A DNA stretch of 64,000 nt from a bacterium. Lineage in GTDB: Bacteria > Zhuqueibacterota > Zhuqueibacteria > Residuimicrobiales > Krinioviventaceae. The notes under the pieces were generated by a model. It was not told the origin of the DNA and did not search any database. It worked only from the letters and a program-made list of their open reading frames with translations. The stretch covers positions 128,001-192,000 of the forward strand of contig CAXXFV010000023.1 in NCBI GenBank assembly GCA_963674595.2, in the 5' to 3' direction. Both the position numbers and the translations under genes were made by a program. Each line of letters begins with the position of its first letter. Position 1 is the stretch's first letter. Shown here one piece after another: positions 39,730-49,139 of the stretch.

Positions 39730-41559
39730 ATGAAAGAATTTCAAATTAAAACTCTGCATCGATCGATCAAACGTCTTTATTCGTTTAAAGAAAAATTAAA
39801 CGGCTTCAGCCGTCGTTATTCCTGGATACGTTTGAGTATTTTTGGTTTTGGGCTTTTTATTAGTTTATTATTCGGTTATTATGGTAAAAATAATCTGGGA
39901 TGGATTTCGTTATTATTTTTTACACTGGTTTTTACTATTGTCGCATTTTTTCATCGACGTATTTTATTTTCGCTAAAACGGTTGGAAAAGTGGATTGTAA
40001 TTAAAGAAACACAATTGGCCCGCCTGGAACTTGATTGGCAGAAAATTGATGTCCCTGATGTTGAAATGAATACAAGCCATCATCCCTTTGCCCGTGATAT
40101 TGACGTAATTGGACCCCGTTCTTTACATCATCTTATAGATTCGGCTGTTTCAGACAAGGGGAGTCAAAAACTGGCGGACTGGTTATGTTCGCAACAGCCT
40201 GATCTTAAAACCATAAACTCCAGACAGAAACTGGTTAAGGAACTTGCCGGAATGCCCCGATTCCGTAACCGTTTGTTACTTGAATTTGTAATAGTGTCCA
40301 AAGAACAACTGCAAAATGAAAATATTATGTCATGGATAAAGGCCGTTCCTTCCCGCTCTATTTTTATATATCTGTCCATTGCCGTTGCTTTACTGGTTTT
40401 GAGTGCTGCGTTTTTTGTTTCAAATATGGTGTTTGCCTGGAAACCCTATTGGGTCCTTTTTTATACTGCTTATGCTTTATTTACCCTGTCAAGACAAACG
40501 TCTCTGGCAAAATATTTTAAATCAATAATTGTAATTGATGATGAATTGGCCAAGTTGTTGACCATTTTTAAATATTTATCCAGGTATCCTTTTCACAACT
40601 CTAAACATATAAAAGAGTTTTGTCGTGAGTTTCAAAATGACAAAAATCCGATTTCTGTTTTACGGAAAATTAAATGGCTCACCGTGACAATCGGCATGAG
40701 AATGAACCCGGTTATGATGGTTGTGCTGAATGCCGTATTTCCCTGGGATTTTTATTTTTCATCTCTTGTGTACATGTATCAGAAAAAAGTCGGTAAAATA
40801 ATTCCTGTATGGCTGGAGAAATTTTATGAACTGGAAGCGTTGTCCTCATTAGCTAATTTTGCAGCGTTAAACCCGGAATATACCTTTCCACGGTGTCAGG
40901 AGTATGGTAAAGATTTTAAAGAATTCCATGTTGAAAAGCTGGGGCACCCGTTGATTCACCCGGCACACAAAGTGTGCAATAATTTCAAACTAGCCCAAAA
41001 TGAAATTGCCGTAATTACCGGTTCCAATATGGCCGGAAAAAGCACATTTTTAAAAACGGTTGGCGTTAATTTGTGTTTAGCCTATGCCGGGGCTCCTGTG
41101 AATGCTGCTTTATTTCAAGTTCCGCTGTTTCGTTTATATACCTGTATCCAAATAAATGATTCCGTGACAGACGGCTTGTCGTTTTTTTATACGGAGGTGA
41201 AACGGCTAAAATTAATACTTGATGTGGTGGGTGAACAGGGAGAAATGCCCGTTTTATTTTTAATAGATGAGATTTTTAAAGGGACAAATAATAAAGAACG
41301 ACTTATCGGCAGCCGTTCATATCTTGAAGAAATTGTTCGTAAAAAGGGTATCGGGCTTGTTTCAACCCATGATCTGGAACTTGCCCGATTGAGTGATGAT
41401 TATCCCAATTTGAAAAATTATCATTTTCGGGAAACAATTGAAAACAATAAAATGGTTTTTGACTTTTTACTTAGACCGGGACCTTGTCCGACAACCAATG
41501 CCTTGCGGATTATGCAGCTTGAAGGATTACCGGTTTTAGATCAACCTACTTTCCGTTAA
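39730..41559 (+). CDS. Membrane-anchored MutS-related ATPase (MutS domain V only)
   Basis: TM helices; HP, ITGSNMAGKSTFL, S.FY.EV.RL, IDEIFKGTN, STHD, TNA; lacks mismatch-binding domain I. Confidence 0.88.
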   Translation: MKEFQIKTLHRSIKRLYSFKEKLNGFSRRYSWIRLSIFGFGLFISLLFGYYGKNNLGWISLLFFTLVFTIVAFFHRRILFSLKRLEKWIVIKETQLARLELDWQKIDVPDVEMNTSHHPFARDIDVIGPRSLHHLIDSAVSDKGSQKLADWLCSQQPDLKTINSRQKLVKELAGMPRFRNRLLLEFVIVSKEQLQNENIMSWIKAVPSRSIFIYLSIAVALLVLSAAFFVSNMVFAWKPYWVLFYTAYALFTLSRQTSLAKYFKSIIVIDDELAKLLTIFKYLSRYPFHNSKHIKEFCREFQNDKNPISVLRKIKWLTVTIGMRMNPVMMVVLNAVFPWDFYFSSLVYMYQKKVGKIIPVWLEKFYELEALSSLANFAALNPEYTFPRCQEYGKDFKEFHVEKLGHPLIHPAHKVCNNFKLAQNEIAVITGSNMAGKSTFLKTVGVNLCLAYAGAPVNAALFQVPLFRLYTCIQINDSVTDGLSFFYTEVKRLKLILDVVGEQGEMPVLFLIDEIFKGTNNKERLIGSRSYLEEIVRKKGIGLVSTHDLELARLSDDYPNLKNYHFRETIENNKMVFDFLLRPGPCPTTNALRIMQLEGLPVLDQPTFR

Positions 41560-42802
41560 ACTCTTTAACAGCATCAAACATGGCTACGAGATTTTCTACA
41601 GGGGTATTTGCCTGAACATTGTGAACCGTGTTGAATATAAATCCGCCATCTTGAGCAAAAATTTCACAACGTTCCAGCACCTGCTCCCGGACCTGGTCCG
41701 GTGTTCCAAAGGGAAGTGTAAACTGTGTGTCAACACCGCCGCCCCAAAAAACGACTTTTTGTCCGTATTTTGATTTTAACAATTTCGGGTCCATGCCTTT
41801 TGCGCTGCATTGGACCGGATTTAAAATATCAAATCCACTTTCAACAAGTTCGGGGATCAGAGGTTCAATTGCGCCGCAGCAGTGTTTAAAGGTCTTCCAC
41901 GATGTGTTTTTATGGATCCAATTGTTTACAATTTTATAATAGGGCATATAAAGTTCCCGAAATGCGGCCGGTGAACAAAATAGTGATTGCTGGGTACCGA
42001 AATCCGTTCCACAAATAAATACGGCGTCAATCGAGTCCATAACGATTTGATGCAGCTTTTCCAGGTTATGCAGCGCGATTTCAGCTTGTTTTTCAAAGAC
42101 CTTGTGAATATAATCTTTGCGGGTTACTGTTGAAACATACCATTCTTCAATGTCCCTGATTCCTTTTGGGTATTTTAAAAAAGCTGCCGGAACCAGTGAA
42201 ATATCACCAAATGCCGTTCCACCAAAAGTGGCTATTGTAGCGCGTTTTGTGGCTTTTACCCGTTTTACCTCATTTTTATAATATTCCAAATCTGCATCAG
42301 AAATAGGAACAAATTCTTCAAGATTGTCCTGAGGATCTAATTTGTTTTCGTCCAGAGGTTCTTGCCGAACAATTGTATCGAAATAAAATCCTCCCTTTGG
42401 CATACGTCCGCTTGGAGGGGCTGTGGTGTCGCCTTTGGGATAAATTAATAAATCGCCATTTGGATCACGGGACGTTTTCATGTGTTCGGAGATTAATACA
42501 ACCAGGCCGGAATCCAGTTGCCATTCTTTCCAGTTTTCATTGCGAAATCCGAAAAATGTGTCGGGACCAATAATACCTTCTATATCAATATCCAGTGCTT
42601 GTTTCAAATCTTCATCCAAATAGCCGAGCATTTGGTAGGGTTCGTGCAGTTTTACGGGTATTTCCTCCAAACCGTAATATTTTCGTAGCGCAGCAACACA
42701 TGTAATATGAATGCCGGTAACAGCCGTGGCCCCGAATTCAACCGGTACTCGGGTTGGTTGTTTGTGGTTTAAGGACTTTATTACCTGATCTCGTTCCAGC
42801 AT
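41546..42802 (-). CDS. Uroporphyrinogen decarboxylase family (MtaA/CmuA-like) protein
   Basis: DFGTQ, HCCG, LNPVQ, FWGGGVDTQ, GGFIF..HNVQ. Confidence 0.85.
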   Translation of the reverse strand: MLERDQVIKSLNHKQPTRVPVEFGATAVTGIHITCVAALRKYYGLEEIPVKLHEPYQMLGYLDEDLKQALDIDIEGIIGPDTFFGFRNENWKEWQLDSGLVVLISEHMKTSRDPNGDLLIYPKGDTTAPPSGRMPKGGFYFDTIVRQEPLDENKLDPQDNLEEFVPISDADLEYYKNEVKRVKATKRATIATFGGTAFGDISLVPAAFLKYPKGIRDIEEWYVSTVTRKDYIHKVFEKQAEIALHNLEKLHQIVMDSIDAVFICGTDFGTQQSLFCSPAAFRELYMPYYKIVNNWIHKNTSWKTFKHCCGAIEPLIPELVESGFDILNPVQCSAKGMDPKLLKSKYGQKVVFWGGGVDTQFTLPFGTPDQVREQVLERCEIFAQDGGFIFNTVHNVQANTPVENLVAMFDAVKEFNGK

Positions 42803-42815
42803 AAACGCCTCCGTT

Positions 42816-44228
42816 TTAGATCATTTTTGATGGAATGTCATTTATGGCCTCGGCCACTTTGGGCAGGTCTTCTTTTTCCAATACCATCATGTCCAGATAG
42901 ACTTTATCGTTTTTTATATATCCAAGAATTGGTGGTTCATTCATTCTTAAAATTTCGGCAACTTTTTCAGCCGTAAAATTTTCTGAAAATAATGAAATAG
43001 CGATACTTTCAAGCTTTTCCAGCGGCAATGCGCCGCTGCCTGTTTGCGCCTGGCTGTTTTCTTTTTTAATTTGAATTGTTTTTTTTGTTTGATTCGATAT
43101 CAATGCCAAACATTGCTCGGCTTTTTCATTTAAAGCATTCATATCCTGAACAAGCAGCCGTAATGTTTTATTTTCTTTGAACAAGGTGTTTTCATTTAAA
43201 TAAAGTTTCAAGGTTGCTTCTAAAGCGGCATAAATTATTTTATCACACCGAAGGGCCCTCATAAGGGGATTGCTGTGGATTTTTTTTAACCATTCCTTTG
43301 AACCGACAATAATACCACACTGCGGGCCGCCCAGTACTTTATCACCGCTGAATGTAGCGACATCTACTCCGGCTTTTAGGCTGTCTTGTACCAACGGTTC
43401 ATAGGGTAATCCGAATTGTGTCAAATCTACAACAACGCCGCCGCCAAGGTCGTGTAAAACCGGGATGGAATGTTGATGGGCAAGTTCAGCAAGTTCGGAT
43501 AATTCTGTTTCTGTTGTAAATCCTAAAATTCGATAGTTGGACGGATGGGCAACACATATCAGGCCTGTGTTTTCACCAATAGCTTCGCTGTAATCGGAAA
43601 TTTTGGTTTTGTTTGTTGTACCGACCTCATGCATTATAGTACCGCTTTTTGCCATGACATCGGGAACACGAAAAGATCCGCCGATTTCTACCAATTGACC
43701 GCGAGAAATGATCGTTTCTTTCCCGAAAGACATTGTATTCAAGGACAGCAAAAGAGCTGCCGCATTATTGTTGACAACGGCGACCGCTTCTGCGCCGGTG
43801 AGTTCGCATAACAATTCTTCAACATGGCCTGTTCGTTGACCTCGTTTTCCGGTGCTTAAATCAATTTCGAGATTGCTGTACCCTTTGATAATTTCTGTTA
43901 CATTATCACAGGCATTTTTTGATAAAGGGGCTCGGCCTAAACCTGTGTGCAGAATAATTCCGGTGGCATTTATGACAGGTTTCAGGCTGGGCTGCATTTT
44001 TTTTTGCAATTCAAGTTCAACACGTTCAAGAATAAGGGTAACAGCTTGTTCTCTGTCAAGCTCTTTAATCATATCGTTCAGGATTTCATTTCGAATTTGA
44101 TCCAGCACATTCCGAAATTCGTTTCTCACAATATGTCGTGAATAAAATTGATTTAATTCTTTTGCTTTTTTGGTTGAAAGCAAATGTTCAACGGATGGAA
44201 GTATGGAAAATATTTTTTGTTTATTCAT
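42816..44228 (-). CDS. selA: L-seryl-tRNA(Sec) selenium transferase
   Basis: VINATG.ILHT.LGRAPL, YSNLE.DL..G.RG.R, VNNNAAA, EIGGSFR, FSGDK.LGGPQ.G. Confidence 0.95.
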   Translation of the reverse strand: MNKQKIFSILPSVEHLLSTKKAKELNQFYSRHIVRNEFRNVLDQIRNEILNDMIKELDREQAVTLILERVELELQKKMQPSLKPVINATGIILHTGLGRAPLSKNACDNVTEIIKGYSNLEIDLSTGKRGQRTGHVEELLCELTGAEAVAVVNNNAAALLLSLNTMSFGKETIISRGQLVEIGGSFRVPDVMAKSGTIMHEVGTTNKTKISDYSEAIGENTGLICVAHPSNYRILGFTTETELSELAELAHQHSIPVLHDLGGGVVVDLTQFGLPYEPLVQDSLKAGVDVATFSGDKVLGGPQCGIIVGSKEWLKKIHSNPLMRALRCDKIIYAALEATLKLYLNENTLFKENKTLRLLVQDMNALNEKAEQCLALISNQTKKTIQIKKENSQAQTGSGALPLEKLESIAISLFSENFTAEKVAEILRMNEPPILGYIKNDKVYLDMMVLEKEDLPKVAEAINDIPSKMI

Positions 44229-45433
44229 ACTTGGCCCGATTTTGTTTTTGTTTCAGTTAAAAAACATGCTGCGATGATTGAGATAATTCCGGTCATGACT
44301 AAAATTTTTAGTGCAAGGCCGATGCTTGTTTTATCTGCCAAAGCTCCCAAAGGAGTTACGAGTAAACCGCCAATACCCCAGGCCAAACCCATCATAATTG
44401 ATGTGACCGTATTAATTCGTTCAGGAAACAGTTCCTGGGCCATAATGATATTAACAGGAATTGAAGAATAAAGGATAAAACCTGCTGCTCCTAAAAATAT
44501 AAAAGCCCATAATGATTCAAGATGTATAAACAGCCAAAGACACGGCAACGAACAAATGAATGAGACTAAAATTATAGATTTACGTCCAAATTTATCCGCA
44601 AGCGGACCGCCGACAAGAGCACCGATGGCTCCTGAAATTTCAAAAACAGTAATAGCTGAACCGGAAAGAAGGAGAGAATGGTCCATTCTATGTAAATAAA
44701 TCGGAAGAAATGTTATAAAACCCGCTATAATGAGGGCGCGGATTGTAACAATGAGCCATAAAAATGATAATGACAGATATTTTCTGGGATGGATTTCGTG
44801 AACGTGTGTTTTCGGTGCATGTCTGGGGGCATGCGGCAGTGCAGGAAGATTGTAAAAGAGAACACTGGATATGATAATCCCAAAAATAATGGTTAACGTA
44901 CTTGCACCCAGTCCCCAAAGTGTTACAATGGGTAAAATAATAAGAGGTCCTAATGCGTGCCCGGCGCTTCCGCCTGTAACAAATATCGACATCCCAAGTC
45001 CGCTGTTTCGTCCGCTGGCCCGGTTTGTAAGAACGGCCGTTTGCGGGTGAAAGGCAGCCGTACCCAATCCGGCAATAATTAACACAACTACAATGGCTTC
45101 ATAACTGTTCCATATACCGATGGAACCCAGAAAAAGAGCTGTTATTAGCGGACCCCAAACCGTCATATAGGGTCTTTTTATTTTGTCCGCATAATGACCA
45201 AAGATCGGTTGTGAAAGCGAATTAAAAATCGCCTGTATGGAGGTAAGTAAAGCTGCGAGCGTTAAGCTAAAACCCAGTTTTACCATTAACAACGGCAGCA
45301 AAGGCGCCACAAAACCATGATAACCGTCGTTTACAAAGTGGGACATGGACAGTAACGCAACACGACCTTTTTGCATGGGTTCGTTTGGAGTTTGAGGAAA
45401 CGGATGTTTGTTGTTCGTGAAAAATTTTTTCAT
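44225..45433 (-). CDS. MFS transporter (Fsr-like)
   Basis: H..ND, QPIFG..AD, G.AAFHP, G.LADKFGRK; about 12 TM helices. Confidence 0.88.
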   Translation of the reverse strand: MKKFFTNNKHPFPQTPNEPMQKGRVALLSMSHFVNDGYHGFVAPLLPLLMVKLGFSLTLAALLTSIQAIFNSLSQPIFGHYADKIKRPYMTVWGPLITALFLGSIGIWNSYEAIVVVLIIAGLGTAAFHPQTAVLTNRASGRNSGLGMSIFVTGGSAGHALGPLIILPIVTLWGLGASTLTIIFGIIISSVLFYNLPALPHAPRHAPKTHVHEIHPRKYLSLSFLWLIVTIRALIIAGFITFLPIYLHRMDHSLLLSGSAITVFEISGAIGALVGGPLADKFGRKSIILVSFICSLPCLWLFIHLESLWAFIFLGAAGFILYSSIPVNIIMAQELFPERINTVTSIMMGLAWGIGGLLVTPLGALADKTSIGLALKILVMTGIISIIAACFLTETKTKSGQV

Positions 45434-45439
45434 AGTAAT

Positions 45440-46072
45440 CTATTTTTTAATTGCATTATAAAGCAGATATGTGCCGACAATAATCAAACCAAAGGAGAAT
45501 AATATGTCCCATCTTTGCCATGATGAATAATCAATATATAGATATATGGCTAAAAGAAAACATCCCAGTGCCGGAAATAACGTCCATTTCAGGTTTGTGG
45601 TCCGGGTGAACCATAGGTAAAGAAATGTAAGGCCGGTTCCGATAAAAAAGATGATGTTGACCAGTTTGTTCGGCAATAGCTGTAAAAATTCAAGTAATGC
45701 GTTTGTGCCCAGAGTTATCAAAATACCGGCAATTAAAGCAAGCCACCATAGATGTTGCTTTTTAATGTATACGATAATGGTGGAAATTGCCAAAGACCAT
45801 AATATCGCCACTCCAAGAATATTTGATGATAACATAAACACAGATTTGAGAATTAAAAGAGCACCCAGAATATATAAGGTTATTGCAGGAATTATGGCCC
45901 ATGTTTTTTGTTTTATATAAAGTCTGTGAAATATAATTCCAGCAATTATAAAAAGAATACCTCTAAAAATCTCATGTACTCTTGTTAACACACCCATATT
46001 TACCAGTAGAGCAATGATCCCCGCAAAAATTATAACAAAACCAATCATCAGGTTTTTTGTATTCTCTTTCAT
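45440..46072 (-). CDS. Hypothetical multi-pass membrane protein
   Basis: About 8 short hydrophobic helices with W..IPA-type repeats. Confidence 0.7.
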   Translation of the reverse strand: MKENTKNLMIGFVIIFAGIIALLVNMGVLTRVHEIFRGILFIIAGIIFHRLYIKQKTWAIIPAITLYILGALLILKSVFMLSSNILGVAILWSLAISTIIVYIKKQHLWWLALIAGILITLGTNALLEFLQLLPNKLVNIIFFIGTGLTFLYLWFTRTTNLKWTLFPALGCFLLAIYLYIDYSSWQRWDILFSFGLIIVGTYLLYNAIKK

Positions 46073-46255
46073 CGCCTTTCCTTTGCAATTGATATCACAC
46101 CAAAATTTATCAACATTCAAAATTAAAGATAAGGATTTTATTTTATGGAAAAAAGCATAAAGTATAAATAATTAAGCGGGATTTTTCCCCTGGAATTATG
46201 TCGTGGTATATTATTTTTTTCTCAAGATGATTCAATGAATTGAATACTCGAATAT

Positions 46256-47680
46256 TTATTCAACGAGAGTATCCAGCATATTGCACCCTGCTATGGCAAA
46301 TTCTGATGCCAGTAAATAATTTTGTTCCGAATGAAATTTTTTCGCACTTTGCAGCAAGAGTTGTGCGGCCTGTGTAACATGAACCGGATTTGAAATCATT
46401 CCATCTTTAATTTTTTGATCCAGGATTTCTATTTTGTTTCCGGTTGTTTGTATTGTGGGAACAATGGCTGTTCTGGAATGGTGATTGCCGTGCTGAATGA
46501 TTTTATTTCCAATTTGAATAAATTCATAAGCAATATCATAGTGATTGTTTACAGCAAAATTTCGGCTGTTTTTTAAACAAAAGTTTATGGCATTTATAAA
46601 ATCGTTTTTATTTTTGATGTTTTTAAATTGCCGCTGTTTTAGGATTTTGGATTGTCTTTCCAGTTTTAGTATTTCCCTGTCAAACGTGCTGGGTTTACTC
46701 AATCTGGAATGCGGCATTTGTGTTGGACCTAGAATATCCTGTCCCATTTCCGCATTTCGAATGGCTGCCCTGTAATTTTTCTTTTTTAAAGCCATTTTCG
46801 AATTTTTTAGAAACAATTTCGCCTTTTTTGTTTTTTGGGGAGTATGTTGCTGTGACCCGTCAACAGTTTTAATTGTATTTGTGAGCAGCTCAATTTTTTC
46901 TTTTGCCAGTATAAAATCATCCTTTTGGTTTTTACAGGTATCAATGGCACGAAATAAAAGCCGTGTTGTTTCATAATAAAGATCAAGGGCCTTTGTATAA
47001 TCCTTTTCATTCAATGCTTTATCAATTAGCTGTTCTCTTTGCCCGGCCTGAACCAGCAATTCATTTGCCCGGGTGCTTTGGCATTCGCCAATAAGGGTTT
47101 CTGCATGATTTTTTAAATTTTGGAACCGTTTTTTTTCAAGTAAAAGTTTTTCTTCTGTTGAATAATTTTGGTTTCGGCACATATCCAGTGACTTTTGGGC
47201 ATAAAGTTGACAAAGTCTGAAATTGTTGATCGCTTGTTGGGGATCAATTTTATCTTTGATTGCTGCGAAAAAATTGATCTTTGCATTGTCGTAATATTGT
47301 GCAGCTATGGAATGAGTTGTTGTGTCGCCAAGACATTTTTGTGCCTCATTTAACATTTGTTCGCATTCCTGATGATGCAACTGAATAACTCCCGGTGAAA
47401 GTTGTCTTATTATGTCCTCTAATAGTTGTAAGGATTTTTCCTCGTTTTTTTCGGCTGCAAATCTTTTTCCCCTGTTTACCTGTATATTCGCACGATTGTG
47501 TAATTGTTTGGCGAGAATAAAATCTGTCTTTACGCTTTCGGAATCAGGTGATATTTTTACCAGATATTCGGCGAATTTTAACGTTTGGTTGACCTGACGT
47601 CTGTAAATATTTTTCGGCTGTGAATAAACATTCCAGGTTTGGATTAAGAGAAAAATTATTATAACAATATTTTTTATCAT
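46256..47680 (-). CDS. Secreted alpha-helical repeat hypothetical protein
   Basis: Signal peptide MIKNIVIIIFLLIQTWNVYS; recurring A..L...A........Y..A helical units; several Cys. Confidence 0.6.
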   Translation of the reverse strand: MIKNIVIIIFLLIQTWNVYSQPKNIYRRQVNQTLKFAEYLVKISPDSESVKTDFILAKQLHNRANIQVNRGKRFAAEKNEEKSLQLLEDIIRQLSPGVIQLHHQECEQMLNEAQKCLGDTTTHSIAAQYYDNAKINFFAAIKDKIDPQQAINNFRLCQLYAQKSLDMCRNQNYSTEEKLLLEKKRFQNLKNHAETLIGECQSTRANELLVQAGQREQLIDKALNEKDYTKALDLYYETTRLLFRAIDTCKNQKDDFILAKEKIELLTNTIKTVDGSQQHTPQKTKKAKLFLKNSKMALKKKNYRAAIRNAEMGQDILGPTQMPHSRLSKPSTFDREILKLERQSKILKQRQFKNIKNKNDFINAINFCLKNSRNFAVNNHYDIAYEFIQIGNKIIQHGNHHSRTAIVPTIQTTGNKIEILDQKIKDGMISNPVHVTQAAQLLLQSAKKFHSEQNYLLASEFAIAGCNMLDTLVE

Positions 47681-47704
47681 TGTTTGCCTTTTTATACTCA
47701 AGCC

Positions 47705-47720
47705 AGCAATGGGTGTGCCG
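47705..47720 (-). promoter_or_regulatory. sigma54 promoter
   Basis: Minus strand CGGCACACCCATTGCT: GG-N10-GC, 25 bp before ATG 47680. Confidence 0.72.
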
Positions 47721-47828
47721 TAATTTTTCAGGTTATAATGTGTTATAAAATCTTGTTTTTCTGTGATGTGTTTTTATAAATATATAAATTATGTACGTAA
47801 AAGTACAGTAACAAGTACCCCGATGTAC

Positions 47829-47862
47829 AAAAAAAAGACGCGAAAAACGCGTCTTTTTTTTT
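47829..47862 (-). terminator. Intrinsic terminator
   Basis: AAAAAAGACGCG-AAAAA-CGCGTCTTTTTT right after the 47861 stop. Confidence 0.85.
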
Positions 47863-48715
47863 ATTTTTTATCTTGTTCCAATTGTTGTATCAATTTATCG
47901 CGGGAAGCAATCGTTTTTTGCAGCAGCTCTTTCATTTCATCATATGCTTGAAATTGTTGTTCTATTGCCTGAATACGCTGAGATAAAGTTGTAAGTTGTT
48001 TGGCAGATTTTAATTGTTGTAAACGCTGCATTTGACCTACTGAAAGCTGCGGTTTTGTTGCTGTTGCGGCTGTTACTTCCGTTGATGATGCCTCTTCTCC
48101 GGACATGGAAGTCCATTCGTAACCATTGTCATATATTTCTCTTTGAGACAATGAAAATGCAAATCCGGCATGGGCGCTAAGATAGTTATCTTTTGTCCCA
48201 TCATTTACATGATCAAAATCATCACCACTTGTCAGGTGGTATGCACCGCCAACCGAAAAACGAATGGATGGTGCTAATTTAGCTGAAAGTCCCCCACCAA
48301 ATATGCCGTCGGCATCCCAATATCTGTTATCGTTAGCATGTGGAAAGTTTAAAACTCCAATACCAACTGTAGCAAAAGGTGAAATTCTGGAAAACGGCAT
48401 CAGGTAATAATTGAATTTTAAATTACCTGTATAATAGTCATTTGTGAATTTTACACCTTTGGGATCATAGTCCTGTTTGGCATATCCAACTCCTAGTGCA
48501 GCATGTAAATGATTGGTTAAGGGTTTTTGCAGGAAAACTTCTGTTGCATACCCTATGTCTGTGTAAATGTTGTCTGTTTTAAATTCTATTGCGCCGCCAT
48601 TGATGCCAAACTCTAATCCACTTGCGTACTGTCCTTGAGCATTAACAAAGCCAGGGGAGAGCAGGGACGATGCTGAAACAATAAGAATTACATAAAAAAA
48701 GAATTTTTGTTTCAT
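47861..48715 (-). CDS. Outer membrane beta-barrel (OmpA-TM-like) protein with C-terminal coiled coil
   Basis: Signal peptide; alternating beta strands (SPFATVGIG, GGGL, AHAGFAF); Gln-rich coiled coil. Confidence 0.75.
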   Translation of the reverse strand: MKQKFFFYVILIVSASSLLSPGFVNAQGQYASGLEFGINGGAIEFKTDNIYTDIGYATEVFLQKPLTNHLHAALGVGYAKQDYDPKGVKFTNDYYTGNLKFNYYLMPFSRISPFATVGIGVLNFPHANDNRYWDADGIFGGGLSAKLAPSIRFSVGGAYHLTSGDDFDHVNDGTKDNYLSAHAGFAFSLSQREIYDNGYEWTSMSGEEASSTEVTAATATKPQLSVGQMQRLQQLKSAKQLTTLSQRIQAIEQQFQAYDEMKELLQKTIASRDKLIQQLEQDKK

Positions 48716-48762
48716 TTTTCACTCTCCTATTGAAAAAATGTAAAGAATTACAAAATTGTTGT

Positions 48763-48779
48763 TGCAATTTTTGGTCCAA
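48763..48779 (-). promoter_or_regulatory. sigma54 promoter
   Basis: Minus strand TTGGACCAAAAATTGCA: GG-N10-GC; UAS-like TGTA-N10-GACA at 48895-48912 and TGTCTTAAA half-site at 48872. Confidence 0.62.
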
Positions 48780-49036
48780 TTATTTTGTGAGAAATATTTT
48801 TGTTGTAAGTGAATTATTTACAAATCCTTATTTTTGTTTGTAGTGAATTACAAAAATTTCATTTACTAATATGTCTTAAAAATATTAGCGTCACTGTATC
48901 AATTTTGGGACACTTAATAAAATCAAGTAGTTGGGCTTGAAAGTAATTGTTTCAAGCATTAGTTTTAGTTATATATATATAAAAAAGAATTTGGTTTTTG
49001 CTGAAGAATTTTTTATATTCCAATCTTAAAATAATA

Positions 49037-49109
<73 letters not shown>

Positions 49110-49110
49110 C

Positions 49111-49139
49111 AAAAAAAGCTCCGTGAGGAGCTTTTTTTT
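49111..49139. terminator. Bidirectional terminator (tRNA / nadE)
   Basis: AAAAAAAGCTCC-GTGA-GGAGCTTTTTTT. Confidence 0.88.

Noticed and set aside
42816-44228. Selenoprotein recoding explaining broken ORFs near selA
   Set aside because: The breaks are frame changes, not in-frame TGA; no selB or selC in the window.
47790-48860. Short repeats (GTAC roughly every 10 bp near 47793-47828; GAATTACAAAA near 48744 and 48845)
   Set aside because: Too short and AT-rich to separate from chance; not CRISPR-like.
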